A stretch of 64,000 nt of DNA from the NCBI RefSeq assembly GCF_009914755.1, contig NC_060929.1. The stretch is one strand, 5' to 3'. The translations under genes were made by a program, and so were the position numbers. The notes below the pieces were generated by a model. It saw only the letters and a program-made list of their open reading frames with translations, was not told the DNA's origin and made no database searches. Shown here piece by piece: positions 12,552-24,237 of this stretch (the first letter of the stretch is position 1; each line of letters starts with the position of its first letter). The DNA is from the human T2T-CHM13v2.0 reference genome, Homo sapiens.

Positions 12552-14762
12552 TGTATTAGTCTGTTGTCATGCTACTAATAAAGACATACCTGAGACTGGG
12601 TAATTTATAAAGAAAAAGAGGTTTAATGGACTCACAGTTCCACATGACTGGGAAGGACTCACAATTATTGCAGAAGGTGAAGGAGGATAAAGGGCCTTAC
12701 AGGGTGACAGACAAGAAAGTTTGTACAGGGGAATTTCCATTTATAAAACCATCAGATCTTGTGAGACTTATTCACTACCATGAGAACAGTATTGGAGAAA
12801 CTGTTCCCCTGATTCAATTATGTCCACCTGGCCCCACCCTTGACACATGGGGATTATTACAATTCAAGGTGAGATTTGGGTGAAGACACAGCCAAACCAT
12901 ATCCTTCAAGCCCTGGTCTCTCCTAAATCTCATGTCTTCACATTTCAAAACTAATTATGGCTTCCTCAAAGTCCCCCAAAGTCTTATCTCATTTCAGCAT
13001 TAACTTGAAAGTCCATAGTTCAAAGCCTCATCTGAGATGAGGTAAGACCCTTCTGTCTATGAGCCTGTAAAATCAAAAGCAAGTTAGTTAGTTTCTAGAC
13101 ACAATGGGGGTGCAGGCATGTCTCCTGTCCCAAAAGGGAGAAATTGGCCCAAAGGAAGGGGCTACAGGCCCCAAGCAAGTCTGAAATCCAACAGGCAGTC
13201 AAATTTTAAAACTCCAAAATGATCTCCTTTGACTCCATGTCTCATATCCAGTGCACGTTGCTGCAAGAGGTGGGCTCCCACAACCGTAAGTAGCTCTGCC
13301 CTGTGGCTTTGCAGGGTACTTCTCCCCTCCCAGCTGCTTTCAGGAGCTGGTGTTGAGTGTCTGCAGCTTTTCCAGGCTCAGGGTGCAAGATGTCAGTGGA
13401 TCTACCATTCTGGGGTCTGGAGTATAGTGCCCTCTTCTCACAGCTCCTACTTGGGTAGGGACTCTTGAGTGGGGGCTCTGACCTCACATTTCCCTTCTGC
13501 ACTGCCTTTGCAGAGGTTCCCTATGAGGGCTCTGCCCCTGCAGCAGATTTCTGCCTGGAAATCAAGGCATTTCCATACATCCTCTAAAATCTAGGTGGAG
13601 GTTCCCAAACTTCAATTATTGACTTCTGCGCACCTGCAGGCTCAGCCCCATGTGGAAGCCGCCAAGGCTTGGGGCTTGCACCCTCTGAAGCAATGGACTG
13701 AGCTCTATGTTGGCCCTTTTTAGCCACAGCTGGGACATACGGCGTCTAGTTCTGAGACTGCACAAAGCAGGAAGGCCCTGGGCCTCACCCATGAAACCAT
13801 TTTTCTCTCCTAGGTCTCCTGGTTTGTGATGGGAGGGGCTTCCATGAAGACATCTTACATGCCCTGGAGACTTTTTCACCATTGTCTTGGCAATTAACAT
13901 TTGGCTCCTCATTACTTGTGCATATTTCTGCAACCAGCTTGCATTTCTCCCCAGAAAATGGGGTTTTCTTTTCTATTGCATTGTCATGCTGCAAATTTTC
14001 CAAAATTTTATGTTCTGCTCCCTCTTGAAAACTTTGTTGCTTAGAAATTTTTTCCACCAGATACCCTAAATCATCTCTCTCAAATTCGACATTCTACAAA
14101 TCTCTAGGGCAGGGGCCAAATGCTGCCAGTCTTTTTGTTAAAGCATAGCAATAATCACCTTTGCTCCAGTTCCCAATAAATTCCTCATCTCCATCTGAGA
14201 CCACCTCACCCTGGGTTTCATTGTCCATATCATTATCAGCATTTTGGTCAAAACCATTCAAAAAGTCTCTAGGAACTCCAAACTTTCCCACATCTTCCCG
14301 TCTTCTTCTGAGCCCTCCAAACTGTTCCAACCTCTGCATGTCACCAGCTCCAAAGTCGCTTCCACATTTTAGGGTATCTTTACAGTGGTACCCCACTCCT
14401 AGTATGAATTTACTGTATTAGTCCATTCCCATGCTGTTAATAAAGACATTTCCAAGATTGTTATAAAGAAAATGAGGTTTAATGGACTCACAGTTCCACA
14501 TGGCTGGTGAGGCCTCACAATCATGGCAGAAGGTGAAGGAGGAGAAAAGCATGACTTACATGGTGGCAGGCAAGAGACCTTGTGCACAGGAACTCCCATT
14601 TATAAAACCATCAGATTTTATAAGACTTATTCACTACCATGAAAACAATGTGGGGGAAACCACCCCCATGATTCATTCATCTCCACCTGGCACTGCTGTT
14701 GACATGTGGGGATTATTACAATTCAAGTTGAGATTTGGGTGGGGACACAGTCAAACATATCA
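12552..14762 (-). mobile_element. Full-length THE1 (THE1C-like) MaLR: LTR 12552-12904, internal 12905-14413, LTR 14414-14762
   Basis: Two ~350-bp homologous LTRs, THE1-internal sequence, and a perfect 5-bp TSD CTGAT (12547-12551 and 14763-14767). Confidence 0.95.
12810..12820 (-). promoter_or_regulatory. Consensus DUX4 binding motif TAATTGAATCA in the THE1 3' LTR
   Basis: + strand TGATTCAATTA. The equivalent site is mutated in the other LTR (tgattcattca, 14669-14679). Binding is not demonstrated. Confidence 0.55.
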
Positions 14763-15018
14763 CTGATGAAGTAACAAAGACAGTATAGAAGCAGCAATTG
14801 GGGAGAAATTGCAAGGCAGTGGTCAGCAGGATGGTGAGACAGTGGAGTGGTGTGCCAACTGTCAATGGGATGGCAAGAAGGTGAGAGGCAGTGAATGGCA
14901 AGAGACAGCAAGATGACAATCAAAGCTGCACAGCTATAACACTGAGGCTGTAACATAAAGAGCTGGTAAAATTGCAGAGCTGTAACGCTAGCCGAAAGCA
15001 CTTTTAAAAGCAATGTTT

Positions 15019-15142
15019 GGCCAGGCATGGTGGCACATACCTGTAATCCCAACACTTTGGGAGGCCAAGGTGGGATGATTGCTTGAGCACTGGAGTTTCA
15101 GCCTGAGCAACATAGCAAGTCCTCACCTCTATTAAAAATAAA
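15019..15142 (+). mobile_element. Alu monomer (FLAM_C/AluJ left arm)
   Basis: ggccaggcatggtggcacatacctgtaatccc...ctctattaaaaataaa. Confidence 0.85.
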
Positions 15143-16234
15143 GTCATCATTTTCCCTGGTGGACAGCAGAGCCGAGTAAATTGGCAAGCAGCCAAATTGC
15201 CATTGCCTTATATGGGACCTGCCATTCTGACCAGCAGGCCAGTGGATTATCATTCTCTCTGTTAGGTCCTCCCACCATGGCAGCTGAACCCAACCAGGCT
15301 GAGGGAACCAGAAGAAATATTACTCAAGTCCCACCCACATGGAAGATCAGTCAGCACCCTTTTGCTCCAGCGGATGGATGAGTATCCCCTCTGTCGCCCT
15401 CATAATATAGAGTGAGCTAGGGAATAAAAGCCTTTGGCTAAGCAGTCAGTGAAAAACTTCCCCATTGTTTGAGTGCCTCAAAACACTTCCTTGTCACCCC
15501 TTCACCCCTTCACCCTTTTTCTTCTGACTCTATTTTATTACTCTGCAAGCCATGTTATTTTCTGTCCTAAAATGTATGTTTTGTTTGCAGTCTTTTGCTT
15601 TGCTCTGATTCCCTGAGCAATTGTTTAAGGCAATCTAATTGGTTGTGTGAGATCCTCCATTGTATTAACTCTGGGATGCCATAGTTACATTGTTCTGTGG
15701 CCCAACCAGGACTTTGGGGTTCACTGTTGGCCATCCTCTAAATGCTCCAGGGTTTTCAGCATTTGGTCAGCCCCTAGATATTCTGGAATTTCTGGAGTTT
15801 GGAATGGGGACCCTTGTTGGCTGATACTCAGGTACTCTGGATTTTTGGCATTTGCTATTGTTGGCAATGATTTAGGGCTTTCAGAATTCATATTTCTTCT
15901 AGGACTGTGAGTTGGAGTTCCACCTAGGGGAATCTTGGTCTTGCCTTTGCTTGTTTTCTGCCCTAAAGTTTTCATTTTCATGATAGCATTTTATTTTCTT
16001 ATTGTCACTTCATTTACACTTTTCCTCCTGCACTTTTCTTAATAAAAATGCTTCTTTTGTCATATTTCATTCACTGGCAAATGCTTATAATTCTTCATAA
16101 CACATTGCTACCTATACTTACACCTTCTTTGCAAGAAGTGGGAATCTGAAAGCGAAAAACAAGAAGGGCCCAGTTGTTTTCCTCTTCCTAGACTTAGAAA
16201 AACTTCTGTGTCCTATAGAAATCCTTGTTACACA

Positions 16235-17500
16235 AGGGGACAATGACAAACATCACAGAGGACCAGCCAGTAGAGTGTCATTTAGGCTATTGTAGCAAAT
16301 TCAAATTCATCTTAAAGTCAAAGAAACTCATTTTCTATTGAAATATTATTTGAGCTCAATACTAATTAGAAAACCAATAGATTTGGTCTTAAAATGATTC
16401 TTTTAGTTATAATGATATTTTATAATTAGACTTGTTCTGTCAAAAAGAAGGAAAATGGGAGGAGGTCCATTATGTACATGCTTTTGTGGCCCTTATGCTA
16501 GTTCATGTTATTTCCAGGCACCAGGAAGCCACACATACCGGATCCCCTTCTAGCTGTTCCACCTAAAAGGCCTATAAACTCCCTGGAGTTTCCTCAGACC
16601 CTCAATCCTGAAGGGCGCCCCACTAGTTCTCTAATGAAGGATTCCACCCCAAGGTCATTAGGAAACCACCTTTATTCAATTAGCGCCAGCCTATACCCAC
16701 CATTGCCCCAAAGCATAAGCCCAACCAGAACCACCAGAAGCAGGACCCATATCAGCTCCTAAAGTCAAATCTGTGTCCATTGTGGGAGGTGACTGATGGA
16801 CGTGAGGGAATACTTAGAATACATGTGCCATTTTCTATGTGTATAGCTTTATACAAAGACAAATTTGGTCAGTTTTCAGAGAATCCAGAAAAGTTTATAA
16901 ATGAGTTTGTTAAATGGACCATGTTCTTTTATTTAACTTGTCATGACTTACAAATATTGTCATCCGCTTGCTGTGCTGTGGGAAAAAAAGTAGAGGAAAA
17001 AGCATGCGGTTAAACCAGTCAATTATGACAAAGTTGATAAATAAGTCAGGTAAAAGAGGAAAATCCTACTCTGTTTTGGGGGCATTTGGTTCAGGCCCTC
17101 AGAAAATCTGCTAATGCAGACCCCTACTCTTCAGAAGGGCAAGTTCTTCTCAGTATACATTTTATTACTCAATCTGCCCCTGACATTAGGAGGAAGCTAC
17201 AAAAATGAGCAATGGGACCTCTAACTCCTATGAGCTAACTCTTAAACATGGCCTTTAAAGTTTATGACAACAGAGACAGGGCAACAGAGGTGTTTTAAAA
17301 AAAAAGAGCCAAAAAGTACAATTATTAGCAAATGCTTTAAGCCCCTCTGCACTCTCAGGGCTGCCCATCCTGAGAAAGTGTCACAAGATTGGTGTCTGGA
17401 ATGCCCAGACAAGAGCTCCAAACTTGCCAACCCCTGGGCCAGAATTAGTGTGCTTACTATAAGCAAAAAGGCCAATGGCAATGAGAATGTCCTAACTGTG
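16235..17500 (+). pseudogene. gag: Degenerate gammaretroviral gag (MA, CA with MHR, NC zinc knuckle)
   Basis: Translates in pieces to LDLFCQKEGKWEEVHYVHAF (MA), LWEVTDGREGILRIHVPFS...KFGQFSENPEKFINEF (CA), KPVNYDKV...KEENPT...HFITQSAPDIRRKLQK, and CAYYKQKGQWQ*ECP (degenerate CCHC). Many stops and frameshifts. Confidence 0.85.
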
Positions 17501-17952
17501 TGAGACAGAGAGAAAAAGCTCTGCATAAATTATAGAGCTTACCTTCTTCCACTAACCCCAAAGAGATGCCTTGCTCAAGTATGTTTACTGGGGAACACAG
17601 ACCCTAGAACCCGATGGACAGCTTTCCACAGTGGTGACAAGTGGCTGCCTAAACATTTTTTTTCAGTGTCTCTACTGTTAGGTGAGCTCTCCAGAGGCTT
17701 GAGAACTCCAGGGTCTTTCCTTGAGCAATGCAGTTTGCCCCTTTCCTTCCTTATATTTGATGCCATGGGATCCCCTCCCCTGTCTTTTCTTCTCTTCCAT
17801 TTGGGACAAACAAAATTTGGCCAAATAGATGGGTCACAATTTATAACTTGAATCCTGTTGTCTTATACAGGTCATTTTATCTGATGCGTTTGTTTAGGTA
17901 TATATGCAGGTGTTTAAATGTGTGTTGTGTCTAGTGTGCTATCATATTGACA

Positions 17953-18245
<293 letters not shown>

Positions 18246-19849
18246 TCATAAATAAAAGAGTGGCCTTATAAATAAAAGAGTGCTCATAAGTTAAACAAGA
18301 TAGTCTAAGATTATTAGTTTGCAGAGAATGTTGTGTCTTCTAAAATTTAATATTTTTACCTAGCTAAGTCACTGATGTTCATAGGCATTAAGATGGTTAA
18401 AATGCCTTTAAATGGTGACTAGCTCTGCATGGTATCCTGATTCTTGGAGGTGGTCTAGAGAAATCTGTTAAAAGTGAAAAAGTTAAATACATGGGAATAG
18501 AATAGATGCTTAAATAGTGAGCATTTTTTACAGTTAAAAATCTTAAATTTATAAAATGATTCTCATCTATATAATGCCAAAATCTGGTGAGCAGTTCAGG
18601 ATTTCTTGCTTCCTAGATTCATATAAAACATGCCAAAAATATATCATTTATTGGGAAAAATAGTTTTATTTCAGAAATTATTAAAAGGGAGGTTCAAAAA
18701 TGAGGGAACTAGTGAGTATAAATAAGAAGGAGGGATATAAAGAAACAGTAATTTTGTTTAAAAAGAGTCTTGTACAGTAAATTCTTTTCCTAGAGTAAAA
18801 TGATTGGTTATTTAAGACAGAGGTAGTATGGACAAGTCAGAAAATCCAAGCATTTTGTAGATGGTCTGCATTGGTCATAAGGTTCATAAAGAGGAATTTA
18901 TGAAAGGAATTTTGTGTGTAATCAAACTAGCTGTAATTAAAAAGAAATTGTTTATAAGAGAATTTCTAAAGAATGATCTACATTTTAAAACCAATTTTTC
19001 TTAAGGTGCTAATTTACTGAATTACCAGAAAATTTACTTTTCAATCCTGTAATCTATTTCTTTTGAAAGCTTCTCAGATTAATGTAACTCATTTCTTTAG
19101 CTTTTGGGCAGTTCCTCTGAAGTGTTCTCCTCTGATTCTAACTGTTGTTGTAAGCTAATGCTAAAGTATTTTTTCTTATAGGTCTGTGGGGAGCAGTGTT
19201 TTCCCCCAATATAGCTTAATTCTATGATCTTAAAAAAAAGTTTCTTGAGAAAAGTTACACATTTTCTCTACGTGCAACTTTATTTTGGCTTTTGGCTTTT
19301 GATTCTTATATTGCTTAGAAAGGTTTTGGGGGCCAATGCATGCCTGCCCAATTACATTTCCTTTGGCCAGGAGGGATGCATTTGTTCAGTCTGTTGGAGG
19401 CTATGGATTTTGATTTTTTGGTTTGTATTCTCCTTTTTGTCAGGGTGTACCAAAGACAATGTCAAGAACTAAGCTTTTATTTTATTCTGTGCCAATGCTG
19501 GGTGGTGTGCTACCTGTCCTTGTTCCATTGTGTTCCTTGGTGGGATCTCCATGGCCAGGGGCTTGTAGCCAGCTGGATGTTCTGGGCTGGGTGACAGTGG
19601 AAACGAGTAGGCACTCACTGCCCCTTGAACTCCTTTTGAGCAGTATGGGAGCTAAAGACTAGGAGCCAGGACACGGGCTTGTAAAAGTAGCTTGTCGGTG
19701 GGTTCTGTGTGTTGTGCTGCTGTGGTCTTGGCTTGCAGTAATTAGCTATACAAACCTTCCTTCTCCACTTTGGAATTTAGGCCAGGTTCAGGAGACCCAC
19801 CAATATTAAAATAAAACATTGCCCTTTCCCACAAAGGAAAAGAATAGCT

Positions 19850-20000
19850 CCCCTGTTCAACCATGAGATTTAGTCTTACTAAAAACTTAAAAAGAAGAGT
19901 CCCCAAGGATCAATTACATCCAAAATGGAAGAGCTCTTATTAGATGTTGTTAAGTGCCCCCATACTGCTGTTAAATTTCAGAAAATAACTACTTGGGTGT
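19850..20000 (+). pseudogene. pol: Integrase C-terminal remnant of pol
   Basis: VQP*DLVLLKT...KDQLHPKWKSSY*MLLS...TAVKFQKITTWV resembles the gammaretroviral integrase tail (W-GPY-V module). Confidence 0.65.
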
Positions 20001-20169
20001 GCTAAAAGGGATTAAAACTGTTCTTATGAGTCACAGTCACAAAGGGAAGACACTGTGACCTACATCTGTAAACCTTTGAAAGATCTCTGTTACCTCAGAG
20101 GTAGAGAATCAACTGCCAAAAAATATAGATCCTAAAGGAACCAACACTCTGCTGGAAGTGGTAACATGT

Positions 20170-21322
20170 TTCTGTGGGTGGGAAAAGAAGCATTGATTTA
20201 TCTCATCTTCCTTACTGTAATACTTATTTTCTATCACTTTAGACTACCACCTCCTCCTGGGAAATATCCCTTTTGTCTTTGTTGGGGAAAGAGGCCACTC
20301 TAAGGCCCAAACAGACACTATGCTGGCATTGTTAATCCTCTTTGCTATCCCAATTACCCTGATCCAGTGTGGGTGGGAAAAAAACTGTATAGTAAATATT
20401 ATTAAAATTATAGATTCAAGGAATCACCTTTATGGTTGCTAGATTTGTTATCAACCTCCCCAGGATAGAAAGTTCCAGTCCCCAGACCTCCTAACTAATG
20501 ATAGTGATTCTAATGTACTCAGACCCCTATTTTTTGGTGGAATTCTCCCCCACTTAACAGACTCCTCCTGAACTCCACCACCACTATTACCAGGACCTAG
20601 AAAGTTGGGTTATCTATATCTCCAGTACATTAATGATGCTATCTTTTGTACCCACTCTGTGTTAATGACACAAAAGTGGAAGTTTCCCTGTGACACTCTA
20701 ATCCAACTCTAGTTGCCAAGTTCCCAAGGCAAGGAGACCATATACGGTGCCTATTTCCAGGTAAGAACATACAGAAAAAAAAACAAAAAAGAACACTACC
20801 TAACCTGGGAAGGTTAGGGAAGTGGGTATATCACCCCCTTCTCGAAAACAAATATTGTTCGGCCATTCTCATTGGAGCAGGGGAAGAATCTTTCTATAGA
20901 CCCAACTTGGCCACAAAGGATAGACATTATGACACATAGATCCTCTTTGTTTGGAGCCATGATGACCCAGCATGCCACCTGGGCTTATTTTTGTCTGTGG
21001 CCATGACTACTCAGGAAGCCACCTGTTCCTTTAGGAGTGGCTTTCCCTTGTATATCAAAAACTTAGAACAGAGGTGAATGTACATTGGCCACTCTTGCCC
21101 CTCCAAGAATCATAGTCTATATTCTCATAAGATCCAGGAATACAAGAAGTCAATGAGTAGTATAATTAATTCTGACAGGAATTGGGGCAGCAATAGAACA
21201 AGTGGCACTCTGGCCTATCAAAAGTCAACCCAAAAAACTTAACTCAAACCCTAATATCCTTAGCCATCAACAAAGGTAAGACATTAAAGGGAACTGAAGA
21301 GTCCCTAGACTCTTTGGCAAAT
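20170..21322 (+). pseudogene. env: Degenerate env (SU end, furin site, fusion peptide, start of TM heptad)
   Basis: PPGLIFVCG; RGECTLATLAPP; RNTRSQ* (decayed R-x-K-R); LILTGIGAAI; NLTQTLISLAINKGKTLKGTEESLDSLAN, cut off just before the immunosuppressive domain. Confidence 0.75.
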
Positions 21323-21333
21323 GAGAATAATTT

Positions 21334-21530
<197 letters not shown>

Positions 21531-21771
21531 GTGTATATACATACATATACACAGAGACACACACACTCACATACATTCATATATGTACACATTCTATATT
21601 TTTAAAATAATCTTATATATAAAGAACATGTATATATATAAAAAATGAATACATAAAACAAAATATATAAAATGAAAATAGAAAAATAAATTTAAAATAA
21701 ATGTATAAAATAATTTATTAATATAATAAATAATGTTAATAACTTTAAAGTAAGTATTAAGATATACTAAT

Positions 21772-22065
21772 TGTGGCAACCTTGATGATTCTATTGAGGG
21801 AAAGCTCAGATGCTGTACTTTGAAATCATTACATCATTTTTACAAGCCCACAACATCCATGGGCTGCTCCTGGCAAAAGACTGAGTTAAGCAAGGATACC
21901 AAGGAAGGCCTGTTCCCAGCACATACAAACTTCTCTGTTAGATGGCTTTGGCTTGAAGAGTTTTGAATGGCTTAGCTGAATCTTCCTTGAACTGCACTGC
22001 AGTCTAGGATGTTTCCATCAAACTTTATTTCCCTATCTTTCACTCAGGGTCAGACTCATATTGCC
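21772..22065 (+). mobile_element. LTR16-like ERVL LTR fragment
   Basis: gaactgcactgcagtctaggatgtttccatc...cactcagggtcagactc resembles the LTR16 family. Confidence 0.5.
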
Positions 22066-22649
22066 TTCTTATCTCGAGCGAAAACAATGTTTAGTCTATC
22101 AGGTACCATTAATTTATGTTAATTATTATCAAAGAAGAATCAAAAGTATTCCCAAGGATATTTATAAGAAAGTGAGCATTAAATATGTTTTAACAAGTTT
22201 TTAAAGCACTTTAAAAAAGTTGTTTGTGAATATAAAGAAGATTATGCACTAAGGGAACTTTTACAACAACCTCAAACATTAGTCTAAAGTTTACCTTCAT
22301 GACATTTTGGTGTCAATGAGTATTAATTGTTTATCTGTGGCATGCTTTAATAATCACAGTATTTGTAAAATTTTATATAAAGAATATAAAATTAATTTAA
22401 CATCCAAGAAGGAGAAATTTAAAATCACTAGTGTCCTCTAATTTGCAAGATCATTCTCATTATTATTTTCTATGGTTTTGAACTTTTGGAGATTTTTAAC
22501 TGCCGTTGAAAATCCATTGAAATTTATACATTCTCTTCAGAGAATAATGCACATGTATGTTATTTTGTCCCTACATTTGTGTGTGTTTCCTTAATGTAGC
22601 CCTTTGCCTTAGAAATATGGGAGCATACTGCTTTATAAGTTAACTTTAT

Positions 22650-23278
22650 CTTTTATTGAGTACATTATAATGACTAGTACGTTTTTCTTTATGAAGAATA
22701 TCCCAACATCTGAAAGTGCATTATTCAACAGTATTATTAAATAACATTAAGTATGCAATACATTTTGTTTATTTAACCAATCTTTTATTGCATTGTTTTA
22801 AAATATTTTGAATATTATTGTAGTTAAATCTTAGAGCATACTGGTAATTATTTCTATAGGCTAAATTTCTAGCAGTAAAATTCCTAAATTAAAAAAACTC
22901 ACTTATAAAAATTATATATTAATAATTGCTCTTAAAAAGACTAAAATAAAATACATGCTTGTGTACTTAAAGCCTCTATGTCACTAATTATAAATGATTT
23001 CAATCATCAACAAGTTGAGGCAAAAATTTCATTTTGTTGTTTAAATATGTATTTATTTGATATCTAGAGTGGTCCATTCTCTTTCTCTCTCTTTTTTTCC
23101 CCATAATGTTTATTGTCATTGTTTTCTTTTGTGAATTTTCTCTGTATTGTATTTGTCCATTTTCTATATTAGGAAGGTAAAGTGCATTAACACATTTAGT
23201 ACAAATAATCTATTCTTCCTTTTCTGGGATAAACTTCACTTATCTGTCTATACTATATTGCTGAATTATATTTGCTAA
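22650..23278 (-). mobile_element. Old L1M fragments
   Basis: Antisense L1-like phrases (ttttgtgaattttctctgtattgtatttgtccatttttct). Confidence 0.45.
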
Positions 23279-23280
23279 TA

Positions 23281-24237
23281 CAGGCATATCTCCGAGATAA
23301 TGCACGTTCAGTTTCAGATGCACACAATAAAGTCACACAAATTCTTTGGTTTTTCAGTAAGTATTAAAGTTATCTTTACACCGTACTGTAGTCTATTGTG
23401 TGTGCAATAGCATTATATCTGAAATACCTTAATTTAAACGTACTTTATTGCTAAAAACACTAACAATCAACTGAGCCTTCCACAAAATGTTAAAATATTG
23501 TAGGATATTTCTGGGAAGTGTTATGTTTTTGCTGGTGAAGGATCTTTCCTCAATGCTGATGGCTGCTGACTGATGAGGATGGTAGTTGCTGCAAGTTGGG
23601 GTGGCTATGGCAAAATAAGATCACAATTAAATTTGTCATATCTCTTGACTCTTCCTTTGATGAAATATTTCCTTGTGTCACATGACGCTGTTTGATAGCA
23701 TTTTACCCACAGTAGAACTTCTTTCAAAATTGGAATTAACACTCTCAAATTCTGCCAGGACTTTATCAGCTAAGTTTATGGAATATTCTAAATCTTTTGT
23801 TACTTCAAGAATCTTCACAGCATCTTCACTAGGAGTAGATTTCATCTGAAAAAAAAAAACACTTTCTTTGCTCACTCATAAAAAGTAACTCCTTATCCAT
23901 TAAATTTTATTACAAGATTGCAGCAATTCAGTCACCTATCAGACTTCACTTCTATTTTATTTCTCTTGCTATTTCCACCATAGATGTGGTTATTCCTCCA
24001 CTGAAGTCTTGAGTCCCTCAAAGACATCCACGAGGGTTGGAATCAACTTCCAAACTCCTGTTAATGTTGATATTTTGACCTTCCATGAATCATGAGTGTT
24101 CTTAATGAAATCCAGAATGATGAGTCCTTCTCAGGTTTTCACTTTGCCCAGATCCACCAAATGAATCACTCACTATATATGGCTTCTGTGGCCTTAAAAA
24201 ATGTATTTTTTAAATAATAAAACTTGAAAGTTGAAAT
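23281..24237 (-). mobile_element. Tigger1 DNA transposon, 3' ~950 bp including transposase C-terminus remnant
   Basis: TA followed by the TIR caggcata; minus-strand ORF 23678-23875 ([26 protein letters not shown]...[17 protein letters not shown]) matches Tigger1/TIGD1-type transposase. Confidence 0.92.

Noticed and set aside
13229-14421. Cluster of 60-105 aa ORFs
   Set aside because: They are fragments of the decayed THE1 internal ORF and its antisense frames.
20170-21322. Co-opted (syncytin-like) env gene
   Set aside because: Multiple stops and frameshifts, a destroyed furin site, and truncation before the immunosuppressive and transmembrane domains.
21594-21770. Very AT-rich tract as a second palindrome or NUMT
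   Set aside because: Low complexity, with no extended arm pairing and no mitochondrial gene similarity that I can see.
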